64,000 nt of DNA from Lama guanicoe (lineage: Eukaryota). The notes under the pieces are model-generated. The model had not been told where the DNA came from. It did no database searches and saw only the letters and a program-made list of their open reading frames with translations. Both the position numbers and the translations under genes were made by a program. Every line of letters starts with the position of its first letter. Positions within the stretch are counted from its first letter, which is position 1. Below are positions 50,133-62,400 of the stretch, piece by piece. The stretch is from contig MU053334.1 in NCBI GenBank assembly GCA_013239625.1, positions 1 through 64,000 of the forward strand, in the 5' to 3' direction.

Positions 50133-50768
50133 ACCTCATCAGCCCGGCCCAATCCCACCCCCACTGGAAACTCCCACCTACTGCCAGGCTGGCCTGGGAG
50201 CTGGTCAAGAGGTCCCACTGTGGTCATGGGAGCACCCACTTGAACTCTAGCCTCACAGCTTGCAGAGCATCTGGGCAAGTGTGCTGGAGGGGGTGGGGAG
50301 TGGACCTGGCACAGGAGAGGGTCCTCTTGGTGGAGTAAAGTCAGGAGTTGGGACTGCCAGGGGGTGGGCAGAGGGAGAGCCCAGGACAGGACAGCCCAGC
50401 GCCCTACTGCTGGCCCAGCTACCCACTCCTTCCATGTGGCCTGGCCTTCCTAAGAGGAACAGGCCTAGAAGAGGGAAGGTTGGGCCCAGACCGAGATGGC
50501 TGGAGCTGGGCCCCGTCCATTTCCTGGCTGGCCCTCCAGCTGCCCCAGGACTCTGAGCCACGCTTAGGCTGCTGTGGTCCTGAGTGGAGGCGCTTGCCCC
50601 GGGCCAACCAGGGTGCAGCCAGATCTCCCATCCTGGTGGACTTGTGGGTTCTCCCACGGGGATGGGGCAGCCAGTTCCCCTCTCTTGGGGCAGGACACCC
50701 GGAAACCAAGGGAATCATTTTCGACTCAGGTACAGAAATGTAGTTTACTTGGGAGGCGGTGTTGATTC

Positions 50769-50774
50769 AATAAA
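50769..50774 (+). terminator. LRRC56 polyadenylation signal AATAAA
   Basis: First AATAAA I found downstream of the stop at 50132. Confidence 0.65.
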
Positions 50775-50887
50775 TTATGCAGCTAGCATCGCCGGCCTTC
50801 GGCGCTTTCTTCCCGTACGGCCCTGCCCTGCAGTCACGGAGACGGCTGGGGGTAGCCAGTCGCCTGGACGGCCGCTCCCCACCGGCC

Positions 50888-53800
50888 TTACACCGGCCGG
50901 CCCGCGTCCGCGATGATGGGCGGGCAGCTGAGGAAGCGGAAGCCGAACCTGCTCTCGGCGGTGCTCTGCACCGACAGCGCCACCATGGGACAGCCGCGGT
51001 CCACGCTCTTCCAGCACACCTGAGGGGGCGGAGCCTGAGAGGCGTCCTGGGCGGGGGCGGGGCCTGTAGGACGAGGAAGGGGCCGGGGCTGCCGGGACTC
51101 CCACGTCCGCACTCACCCGGACCTTGCATTCCTTCCTAGCCTGGCCGTCATCGAGGCCCGGCTTCGCCTCTGCGCAGGACAGTGATGGGGTGGGGTCGTC
51201 GCCGGTGCCCCCTCCTCGCTGTCCGCCCCCTCTCCACGTCCCTAACCCCCCCCCCGCGCCCTCACCGAGGATGGCGGGCAGGAGTTCTAGGTGGGTCTTG
51301 GCGCCCTCAGGTCGCACTGACACCTCCCGCTGGCGTAAGAGCTTGCTGGTGCTCAAGCTTGGCAGCTGGACCCGGGTCCTGGGGAGGGGAGAAGGGGTGG
51401 TGAGGGACAGAGACCACCCGCGGGAAAGGGTGGGCCTGGAGGGGCAGGACTTGGGGAGGTGGGGGGCCCGGAGAGGTCAGGGACGGGCCTAGCAGTGGGG
51501 TGGGGTCTTTGTTGATCGGGGCCTGTGGGGGGAGGCACGGACCGAGGAACCCGCGGCCCCCACCCCGACCTCTGGCGCCCGGCCCGGGCCTCCCGCGCCC
51601 GGCCCTTTCGCGGGGGTCGAGGCTGGAGCCGTTGCCCGACGAGGTCGGCACCAGGCCTGGCCTCCAAGAGCGGAAAACGGTCGATGGACAAGTTGGTGTT
51701 GTCCGCGAAGACCTTCGAGACGGGGGCCCCGCAGTGCGGAGCCTGGTGCTCGCTGAGGACCTGCGGGGCCATGAGGGCATGGTGGTCACCCCTACCCCGC
51801 AAGGCCAACCCTGTCCCCGCGGGATCTGCACTGACCTCGCCCTGGAGGTTCAGAAGGAGGGTCACGCAGCCCCGGCTGGAGTGGAAGCGGACGGGCTCCC
51901 GGCCGAAGGAGGAGGACGGCTGTTGCTTGGTGCTGCCGGGCGCCTCGCCCCACACCTGGGAAGGGCGCGGGCGGCGGGTGAGGGGCGGCGGGGGCCGGGG
52001 CGGGGCCGCGAAGGGCGCGAGGAGCCGAACGCACCGTGATGTGGTGCTGTGGCGCCAGCAGGGTGCCAGGCGGGAAGCGGTACATGCACACAGGGAAGTC
52101 GCGCACCAGCTGCCGCAGCACGAAGCCACTCATGTCGGCGGTCTCCTCCAGCGACTGGTTGAGGATGCGCACGAACCTCTGGCGGTGGCTCACGGCCACG
52201 ATCTTCAGGCAGGAGCCGGTGGGGCTGGGGCAGCAGCACCGTGCAGACAAGTTTTGCCACTCCAGCCCTGGTCCCGCTAGGAGACCTGCTCCCAGCCCCT
52301 GGAGGTGGGCGGGGTCCCCTTCTCACCTGAGACAGCGCCGGGGCTCCTGGGGGTGGGGATCCTCACTGGACTCCAGCACCTGGACGGTCTTGCCCTGCTG
52401 GCCCCAGTGGGTTTTCCGGAGATCTACAGAGAGAAGGCCGGTCTGGGGGGGGAGGGGGGCCGCCCCAATGGAGCATCCACTGGGCGCATCTCCTGTGAGA
52501 CCACACCTGGCCTGCAGCACCCTGAGGGTCCAGGTGGCAGAAGAGCAGTGCTGGGGGTCAGATCCTAGGCAGGAGGGATAGCTGGACCGTGGTGGCTGAT
52601 GGAAGCAGAGACGTAGCTTGCTGTACTTGTTGGTGGGGGGGATGGATTTGAGCCAGAGCACCAAGGCAATGGCAGGAGTCCTCCAAGACCACCCTAACCC
52701 CTAGGGATGGGGCTGGAGAGGCCCTCAACTGCCTGGCACCTGGCTACTATGAAGGCCTGGAGGCTGGGGGATGTCCTTTATAGCTTTGGGCAGAAATCAC
52801 AGGCCTGGGGACGGGGGAGCCACCAGAGGAGACCCATCCCACTTCACCTTCAGATATTGCCTGACTGTCCTCGCAAAGGCTCCATGCCTGTGCTTCCATC
52901 TGCTCAGAAGTGCAGCCTGGTGCCTGGGGATGGTCCCCTGTCACTTTCTGCACGCAATTACACGCAGCCAGCTGGCAGCTGCTGGATTCGGAGCCAGCGC
53001 TCCCTGAACTGCTGTTGCCAACCAAGGGCAGGGAGCTCCACTGTACACTCTTGAGACGCTGTTCCCTGCGCCGACAGCACAGCTCCGAGCTCCGCTGGTC
53101 AGATAGTGTGGCTGGTGGGAGCTGTGGGGGCGGTGGGGCCCAAGGGCGCCTGTGGGCCAAGATCAGCTTGCTGTCCGCGGCTCTGGCTCCTGGACACCAG
53201 CCCACCCCCACCCAACCTCCCCAAGGTGGGCAGAGCACACCAAGCTGTGGTCCCAGTCCTGAGGACCTTGCATGGGGAAAGGGCTCATGGCTGGACAGAG
53301 ATGGCCCCAGAGCCTTTTCCCTTCATCCCTAACCCATCATACAGCTCAGAGAATGATGCTTGGAAGGTTTAAGTGACCTGTCCAGGGACACTAAAGGGTA
53401 GAACTGGGATTGTGGTCCACACCTGCCAAGGCGAGCCCTCTCCTTGCCCCTGGGGGGTCCCCACACAGTGCAGTTACTTTTGATCTGAGTTGGACTTGAT
53501 GTTGGTGAAGAGGTTGGGGTACTGGTGAGCGATGCTGTTCCAGTCCACATCCTCCAGCCGGAAACTCTTGCCAAAAAGCAACAGATATGTGGCACTGCCC
53601 CCCCTGCCCCCACAGGATGGCAGAGCCATGAACACACTTGGAGGGCTTGCTTACCTCCCCAGCAGTGGGGGCCTGATCGCTCTCAGAGAGGTCGCTGGGG
53701 TCCATCAGGGTCTCTGCCGTCACCACCTGCAAAAGGGGACAGGAGGCCACTGAGCAGGGGCTTGGGGGAAAGGGCACCCCTCCACCCAACACAACTCTCC

Positions 53801-55206
53801 ACTTTGACCTCACTAGCACCTGAGGCACACAATTGCCAAGTGTCAGGTGGGTGGGACCACAGCGCTTGTAGTCCCAGTCCCAGAGCAGCCAGGGCCCCCC
53901 AGCAGCACCAGTCTGAAGGGGACATGCTGGCTGTCCCAGGGAAAACCAAGGAGGGCGGGCTGAGTAGGGCAGGGCCCCAGGGGCACAGGCTCACCTCCAC
54001 ACTGCCCGTTGAAGATCTCAGTATGCGGCCCACCCAGGAGGAGCGGGCCAGCTGCAGGAGGCAGGACTTCCGGAAGGCCTGCAACTCGGCCTCCATCTGC
54101 TGCAGCATGTTTCGCATCTGCAGCAGCCGCTCCTCCAGGCGTGCCTTCTCCTGCTCCAGGACAGCCCATTGGTGGGTGGGGTCTTCTCCAGACTCTGGCC
54201 CCCAAGGCTACCCCTGCCTGGCCCCTGACCCTCACCCCAGCTTGGGTCCCACACCCAACTCCTGGATTCCCCTACAGCCCTTACCAGCTGGGCCTGTTCC
54301 TTCTGCTCTTTCAACTGCAGAGTCAGCTTTTGGACCTGATTTTGCAGGAACTTTTCCTGACTGCGTGAGCTCCTGGGGGAAGGGGCAATCTCAGCGCCCA
54401 CCCCCCACCCCCCCAGCAGCCAAGGAGGAGAGAAGGAGGAACTCCTCCTCACTGTCATTAGGGTTCTGAGGGCACAGACTGTGACTGGGTCAAGCTGTCA
54501 GACTCTGAAGAGGTCTGAGTCAGAGGTGGAGTCTAGGTTGGGTTTAGTACCCACCGGAATGCTCAGAGTTCGGGTCTAGGTGGGTTTACAGTATAGTGAC
54601 TTCTTCAGGGTTAGGTTGGGGATTAGGGTCAGGTAAGGACTGGGGCTAGAGTCCAGGTCTGGGCTGGGGTCAGGCTGGAATGGGGCTCAGCAGTTGAGGT
54701 TGGAGTCAGACATAAACCAGGAGTTGGGCCAGGGCAGGGACTGGGTGGGGCTGGAGGACTAGGGCTTCACTGCTGACCTCTCAGGTGGAAGCCCAGCCAC
54801 CTCCCGCAGGATATGGTAGTGCCGGCCATTCCGGGGTTTCTGGATGGCCCACCGCAGGGCCTGGATCTCCAGCTCCCGCTGCCCCCACAGCAGCCGCAGA
54901 GTGTGTGGGTCCAGGGACTCCGGGGCCAACCTGGAATGCCAGCGCCCCTTCCTCTTGATCGGACCCTGCTCTCTGGCTGGCCTGGCCCGAGTGGCTGACC
55001 ACCCCCTCCCCTCCTTACTGCAGGTTGATGGAGAAGACCACCCTAGTGGAGCTGCATTTGGTGTCCTGAGGGCGCGCAGGAGCCACTGGGTCAGCAGGTG
55101 CACCAGCTGGAGGCCCTATGTGGCCACTGACAGGTTCTCGGTCCACCAGGACTGGGAGAGCCTCCTTCTCGGCTCCTTCAGCCTCCTGACAAGACTCGGG
55201 GGCCAT
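50888..55206 (-). CDS. LMNTD2: Lamin tail domain-containing protein 2, 649 aa, 14 coding exons
   Basis: Exons 55206-55019, 54930-54778, 54372-54285, 54150-53995, 53726-53655, 53566-53478, 53149-52848, 52423-52327, 52224-52035, 51955-51836, 51760-51564, 51378-51266, 51169-51117 and 51019-50888 total 1950 nt, phase-consistent. Peptides QRELEIQALRWAIQ, KSCLLQLARSSWVGR, lamin-tail domain LKIVAVS..YRFPPGTLLAP..VWG, TAESRFGFRFLSC. Confidence 0.93.
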
Positions 55207-55363
55207 TCTTGATGTTCTTGGGGGAGCTGAGAGGAGGGGTGGTGGGGCTGTCTGCCCTGCGTCCTGTGTGTGGGCACCCCTGCAGGGCTCTCCTTACACA
55301 TGCGTGTGTACGACAGCCCCAAAGTGTGCCGCTGGCTCACAGGGCATCACCCTCCAAGAAGGG

Positions 55364-55407
55364 GTGTGTGTGTGTGTGTGTGTGCGTGCGCGTGTGCGCG
55401 TGTGTGC
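55364..55407. repeat. (GT)n/(GC)n alternating purine-pyrimidine microsatellite
   Basis: gtgtgtgtgtgtgtgtgtgtgcgtgcgcgtgtgcgcgtgtgtgc. Confidence 0.9.
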
Positions 55408-56829
55408 CCCACGGTACAGCAAACTGCCAGTTACGTGGGTGTCCACATCTGCATGTTTCTGACCAGGCCAGGACAGCAGGTCACCCCCCACCAGGCTCCA
55501 TGTCACCTGGGTATTCACACATTCCCTGTTGTCTCCTCCCTGTCACCCTGGCCCTCTAGGGCCCGAGCTCCTACCCCTCAGCCTAGAGCAAGGGCCCTCA
55601 GAGGTGCTAGTCCTCTGCCAGTCAGACCCAGGGTCCTCCCCCAACATTCACCTGAGGCCTGAAATCCAAGCAGGCTTGGGGAGAGAAAGGCTCCGCAGTG
55701 TTGCCATGGATACTAGCACTCAGAGGGGAGGGGCTGTTTGTTACCAGGAGCTTCCTGGGAGACACCAGACCAGGGCCCCAAGTGAACCCTGGGCCCACCT
55801 CCTGGTCCAGCCTGAAGGAGCAGCTGTGAGAGGTCGAGCTACTGCCCAGCTAACCTCAGCAGGCCCAGAGGACACAGAGTGATTAACATGGCCTGCCATG
55901 GTCACCCACTCAGCCCAACACCCCCAACCAACCCTGGGGGAGGCTCCCACAGTCCCTCTCCAGTCTGGTATGGCAGTCGGTGGCTATTATCGGCATTGCT
56001 GCCCTGTGAGTGTGTCCACAAGTCAGTGGATGGCACTCCGGGGCACGTGGACCTCACTGGGGCCTGAGCTGACTGAGGGGGTGGGGTGGGGAGGAGGAAG
56101 CAGGGGAGACCCCAGAGAACCTGGGAGAGGGGCCTGCTGAGTGCTACCCAACAATGGGCCCCCATTTACTTAAGCACAAGACAGAAGCCTCACCTTCTCC
56201 CCTGCCTCCATCACCTAAGCCACTGCAGGGGGCCCTGGGGACACATATAATGATGATCATGGTTCCCTCCGCCCAGGTCAAAAGTAAGGCACCGGACATG
56301 ATCCACAAGACCCATGCCCTCCTACTTTGCCCCACCCCACCCCATCTTCATTCATTCACCATTCATTCGTTCAGACTTTCAGCCTCTGCTCTTGTCGGGC
56401 TTGTGGTGGAAAGATGCCCTTGTGGCCCAGTGTGATTGGGGCAGACAGGCTCTGAAGGCTTTTGCTGCTGTTCCACACAGGTAGCATAGAAACTGTGAGA
56501 GACTCTGGCGGTGGTGCTGACTTGGGTTCTCCCGATGGAACAGCAGGACTGGCTGGCGGGGCAGAGGGCTGTGTCCACACTCGGGCAGGCATTGGGCCCC
56601 ACTGGGGGCAGGAATTGGTGGGAGAAAGGAGCCTCACACAAAAGAGCCCAGGGCCTTTGTCCCAGGCAACCTCAGGTCGGCCCCTTCCCCCAAAAGAACT
56701 GTCGGTCTGGCCGCAGCCAGAGTGGCCGGTGGCCAACCAGCTCCACTCCCTCCAGCTATGAGCCCCGCCCCCCGACCTCTGTGCGTCCGACCTGGGTCTA
56801 ACAGGGGATGGGGAGGCTGTGGCCCCACT

Positions 56830-57790
56830 GCCCCTCTGGACGCTGGCCGCGCTGGCCAGGCCAGCGCCTCCTCTCTAGGCGGGAGACTCATCAGATTTGG
56901 CGGCATCTGCGGAAGTCGGCCCGGGAGCGCGGCGCCAGACACCTGCCCCAAGCTCTGCCTGGGACCGCGGGCCGGGACGAGCTTCCGCGTTGTTTGCGTG
57001 ATTGGGGCGTGCGTGGACCCGGGCTCTTGCCGCCCATCCTGGCTGCCGAGCCCCGCCCACACCTGGGCGCCTCCGGGGGCGGGGCGGGCGGGGAGCCAAT
57101 AGGGAGGGCCAGGGGCGAGGCTCAGAGAAGGTGGCTAATGGGTGCTGGCGAGGGGCGGGCCATGCGCGCCGCGGAGCCAATGGGTGCTTGCGGGGCGGGG
57201 CACGCGGGCTGCGGGCCAATGGGGCGGCGGGCCGGGGCGCTCCCGCGGCACTGGAGGCGGCAGGTTGCGGCGGCGCCGGGCTCCCGGCAGCGGCCGGCTG
57301 GTTCCTGAGTTCCGGCGCCCTTCGAGCGCCTAGGTGAGCCTAGGTGAGCCGCGCCGGGCCTCAGAGCCTCTAGAACGCAAGGCGCAGCCCGGGACGGCAA
57401 CTCCGACGGCAGGGCGCAAGCCGGGCCGGCGCGGAGGCCGCGCCGCACCTGCACCGCCGCGGGCCGGGACGGCGGCCTCGCGAACGAGCCCGGGGACGGG
57501 CGGGAGTGGGGAGGGGCTGCCCGCGCCGGGTGCGGTCTGTCCCAAGGGCCGAGGTCTGCGCGCGGGCGCCCCGCGGGAGGGGCTGTGCCTTACGAGCCAG
57601 GTGACCAGGTCTGGTTAATAACTCGCCCTGTTCCGGGAGTGGGGCGGGGCGAGAGCAGGCTTGGGAGTAGGGAAGCCTCTGAGCCCTGCGCGAGGGCACA
57701 CTGCTTCGCCGCTTTTGGGGGACGCGCGGGTCTTTGCTACCCCACCCCCAGGAATGTGCGGCCTGCGGGTGGGGCTGGGCGCCAGACGCT
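56830..57790. promoter_or_regulatory. RASSF7 CpG-island promoter and non-coding first exon
   Basis: CCAAT at 57096, 57177 and 57216, GC boxes, and donor(s) TAG|gtgagc at 57333 and 57343. Confidence 0.8.
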
Positions 57791-57918
57791 GAGGGGCAGC
57801 AATCCTGAGCCAGTTCTGGGGGTGAGAAGCAGTCCTGGAAGAGGAAGAGAGGAGCCTGGCTGTGTTGGGGCCAGGCGGGGCCTGACCCTGTGGCCTTCGC
57901 CCTCCCTGCAGGACAGGG

Positions 57919-59479
57919 ATGCTCTCAGGGCTGGCAGCCATGGAGCTGAAGGTGTGGGTGGACGGCATCCAGCGCGTGGTCTGTGGAGTTTCAGAGCAGA
58001 CCACCTGCCAGGAAGTGGTCATCGCGCTAGCCCAAGCAATAGGTGAGGCCCTGAGTCCCAGATGGGCCCAGCAGGTGCACTGGGGGTGGGGCCTGACCCT
58101 CTGGCCCTTCTTCCCCCAAGGAGGCTGGGGCTGGCGCTCATCCCTCTTGCCCCCCGACCCCAGCTGCTCAAGCCAGGTGGACAGAGGGTAGGGGATATGG
58201 GCTGACTGACTCCTCCCCCTACCCTAGGCCAGACAGGCCGCTTTGTGCTGGTGCAGCGCCTCAGAGAGAAGGAACGGCAGCTGCTACCCCAGGAGTGCCC
58301 AGTGGGTGCCCAGGCTACCTGTGGACAGTTTGCCAGCGATGTCCAGTTTGTCCTGAGACGCACAGGGCCCAGCCTTGCTGGGAGGCCCTCCTCAGACAAC
58401 TGCCCGCCCCCTGAGCGCTGCCCAATCCGAGCCAGTCTCCCCCCGAAACCTCGACCAGCACTGGACCGTGAACCACGCAAAGCGCTGACCTTCAGCCTGG
58501 GGTGCCCTGGCCTGGCCCCCGGCCCTGTGGCACCCGAGCCTGTGGCCCACGTAGCATCACTGCCAGGCTGCTGCACAGATCTACAGGGCTTGGAGCAAAG
58601 GGTGCGGAGGAATGCAGCAGAGCTGGGCCAGGAGGCCTTCTGGGAGCAGGAGCTGCGGCGTGAGCAAGCCCGCGAGCGTGAGGGGCAGGCACGCCTGCAG
58701 GCGCTGAGTGTAGCCACCGCCGAGCACGCCGCCCGCCTGCAGGCCCTGGATGCCCAGGCCCGCGCCCTGGAGGCTGAGTTGCAACTGGTGGCAGAGACCC
58801 CTGGGCCCCCCTCACCCACGGTGTCTGCCACGGAACGCCTGCGTCAGAACCTAGCAGCCCAGGAGCGGCAGAGAGTGGAGGTGCAGGGCAGCCTTGTCCT
58901 GGTGGGCCGGGCACTGGAGGCCGCCGAGCATGCGCTACAGGTGAGCCCACTGGACCCCACACCCCTGCCAGTTTCCCTGACACATGGCTGGACTTGGATG
59001 TCACTCTCTGGGGGATGTGGGAGGGCACAAGGCTGTGGAGCTCCCTGGGCAAGCCCCTGAGGGTCCCATATGCCCCAGGCCCAGGCCCAGGAACTGGAGG
59101 AGCTGAACCGGGAGCTCCGTCAGTGTGACCTGCAGCAGTTCATCCAGCAGACAGGGGCTGCACTGCCACCGCCCCCACGGCCGGAAGGGGGTCCCCTCAG
59201 CACGCAGGTCAGAGCAGTACTGGAGGGAGGCCAGGTCGGTGGGGAGCCTGGCCCAGCTCCAAGCTGACTTGCTCTCCCCACAGGACCTTCTGCCTCCAGC
59301 CAGAGAAGAGCCCCTCACAGGACCCCCCCGGAGTCCTGCCCTAGTGTCCAGTCTGAGCCCAGAGAGTATGTCTGTCCCCCTATCTCTGGGTGGGATGAGG
59401 CCCTCCTGTGGCCCTCTCAGCCCTCTCAGCCTGTGTCCTCCCCACAGTTGTCCCCATGAGGCAGAACTCCTGGAGGTAG
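57919..59479 (+). CDS. RASSF7: Ras association domain-containing protein 7, 359 aa, 5 coding exons
   Basis: Exons 57919-58042, 58228-58940, 59079-59207, 59284-59365 and 59448-59479 total 1080 nt. N-terminal RA domain [51 protein letters not shown], coiled coils, C-terminus [10 protein letters not shown]. Confidence 0.95.
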
Positions 59480-62400
59480 CAGCTCTTGCCCCAGACTGGA
59501 CATCCACTGCCAGCCCAGCCCTGGATTCTGATGAGCGAAGGCAGCCAAGGCCAGCCCAGCCTGGACGACAGAAGAAGAGTCTGTGGTCGTAGAGGACTCC
59601 TTCCCCCATGCGGTGGGAAGCCCCGGTACCCTGGGTCTGAGACAGGACATCTCAGAGCCCTAGGATTTCTGCCACAGGGGGCAGGGAAAGGCTGAAGACT
59701 CTCGCCCTAGTCCTTGTCAAATCTGCCACGACCCTCAGAGAAGCACGGGACATGGCCAGCTCAGAACTCACTAGGCCCCAAAGGCCACAGCTCCTTTTTG
59801 GAGACAGGAGGTGCACAGAACCCGTGTGAGTACATGCTTACCTGTGGGAGGTATCCTTCCCCACATGTGTGTGTGTGATGTCTCCCTACCCCAACACTAA
59901 AACCTCAGTAAACTGCCCCACATGGCTTGAGTGTGTCCTGAGGCTGCACTGGGCAGAATCTCTGGGGTCTAGAACTTAAGACTCTTCCAGGGACACTGGG
60001 GAGTACCCTGAGCTGCCTGGGGCTGGCCATAGCCAGGGGTCCTGAGATAGGAGTCTCCCAGGGACCCATGGTCAGTGGGTCCAAGGCTGGGTCTCCCAGG
60101 GTGTCGCATTTCAGGGTGCTGTGTCCATCCACACAGAGGAGAAGCACAGCTTTCCTCTTTTGGGGGTGGGGCTCTCCTTGGCAGCATGAGCCTGGGGTTG
60201 AAGTTGGGATGGTCTGGGGCCTGAAGCAGCCACAGCAATGACCTGGGATTCTGTCTGGACCCCTTTCCTGCCTGGCTCTCCTTCCCTGGCCTGCTCCCCA
60301 CCAGCGGCAGCAACTGCTGTCCCCTCTAGGGTGGCTCCTAGATTTGAGGACTCAAGGACATGCCAGACCCGTCCATCAGGTTTCCTGAGTTTGAGAGCTT
60401 GCGGGGGCAGGCCCCAGAGTCCTGGGGCTGCCAAGCTCAGGGAGCTTTGCTGGCCCCTTGAGGGTGTGGCCACCTGCGTTCCGACACCCCACCTCCATTC
60501 CCCAGGTGGGCACGAAGCCTGTGCTGCCTGCCTGCAGTCTTGGAATTGGGGCAGGGCGAGGTCCACATCATTTCTGGTCCTCGGTGGGCCACAGGCTCTC
60601 TGCTCTGAGAGCTGTGGCTGGACTGGAGATCTGTGATGACAGAACCTGGGGGGCTCTGAGGCTGGGTTGCAGCATGCATATTGAGGAACACCCTAGATCA
60701 TCAGAATCTTCGTGCTTAGTTTGGGGGTGGGCAACTTTGGGATGAACTCAACCTCCTCCTGGAGTGGCCCCTGTGCTGGGCCTGGTGTTCCCCACTTCCT
60801 TTGGGGTGGCCCAGAGGGAACACGAAGTCCTGAGCGCAAGGAGCAAGGAAACCACAAAGAGTACACAGCTCATGGGTGTAAACAGGACTGGGTACCAACT
60901 GCCTAAGATGGAGCAGGGACAGGAGTGGCTGCACAGGCCAGTGGCAAAAGGAATCTAGTGTCAGAGGAATCTGCCCCAGCTTCCTCTGCAAAGCCCCCAG
61001 CCCAGTTCTGTGCCTGTCCACACTCCTATGCCAACCCGCTGCCCAGCTCACAGCAGCCTGTACCCAAGGGCTGGGAACGGCCTGACTCGTGGCTCCAGAT
61101 AGGGCCAAGCACAGGTCACACGGGGTATAGCCTCGAGTGTAAAGACTGATGGGGCCTCGCCCTGGGCGGGAGAGTGGGGACTGGAGGCAATCACTGCCAG
61201 GTCCGAAGGGACCTGTAGCCCCAACTGTGCTCATCAGGGTTGGATGTACCTCTGGGCACCAGCCCCGAGTCTCAGCAGGGGGTTATCTCCCAAGCTGAGC
61301 ACAGGCCAGCAGGGGCTGGGCCAGATGCCATCCAGGGACCACCCTCCCACGCCCTTCCCAGTGTCATGCACACCCTGTCCCCAACCCCCCCCCCAAAGGG
61401 AAGTTGGCACACCCTGGTCTCTTGCATGTTTTCAGGGAACACCTCTTCCTTCCAAAGCCAATGCCAGGGACCTGTCCACCTCAGAGGGGATCCTCAGGCC
61501 ACCACTGTGTTCTGGGGTGGGGAAAGGGGCAGAACTTTCTTCCCCTATGACTGTTCCAGGTGAACAAAACCCAGCACCCCCCAAAGTTGCCAGAAGTGCA
61601 TCAGATCACAGAGAAAATCTGAAAAGTTTACTTCTGAGTTTTAAACTGTGCTTTGAAAACTATGTGAGATGTGCTGAGGAGTGGAGAGGCCCAGCTCCCC
61701 CAGGCCAGGGCAGGGCCAGCCAATCCAGGCCAGCTCCCTAGAGCTGAGGCAGCACCCAGCCGGGGGGACGTCGAGGGCCGCCATCCTCACTGTCGCTCCA
61801 CAGGGCCAGGCTGTCGGTGGGCTGACCTCAGAGTGTCTGCTCACCCCCAGCGCAGAAGTGCCCTCAAGGGCTGGCTGAGAACAGCAGGGTTCACTGAGGA
61901 TCTCGCAACATAAGTCATCAACCGGTGGCAGCAAGTCCACTCCACTGGTTCTCACCCCCAAGGCTACCCACAGCTCCCTGCGAAGCCGGCTCGGTGTGAC
62001 ACACAGCACACCACATCGACCATTAGGACAGGGTCCCTCCGAGGGGGAGTCTAAGTCCACCTGAGGCCCTGACTAAGCCCCCACTCCCCACCAGGCTGCT
62101 CCACCCTCCACCCTCCACCCCCACGCCTGGGAGAGGAGATGAGGCCTGCCCAGGCGTCCTGGCATCTGCCCGCCCAGAGGCCGCTCTGGGCCTTCTCCAC
62201 GACCAGATTTTCACAGTGAACTTGAGAATACGCAACAGTGAAGGCGGGCCTGGGGAACCTCCACCTCTGGGAGGGGCACATCATTGGGCAGCACAAATGG
62301 GCCTTCAGAGTCCTGACTCCAAGAGTGGCCTTGCTGAAGGGGCAGAAGTGCACAAAAAAGCCAAATCTGCCACTATCCTCCTCAAGAACGTTCCCAGAGG

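Noticed and set aside
50775..51356. LMNTD2 ending at the stop at 50775
   Set aside because: That ORF reads through introns. The conserved C-terminus (TAESRFGFRFLSC) is in the spliced frame ending at 50888.
53525..54469. 314-aa + strand ORF; also 58019-58831 (-) and 45691-46263 (-)
   Set aside because: Antisense shadows of GC-rich coding exons of LMNTD2, RASSF7 and LRRC56.
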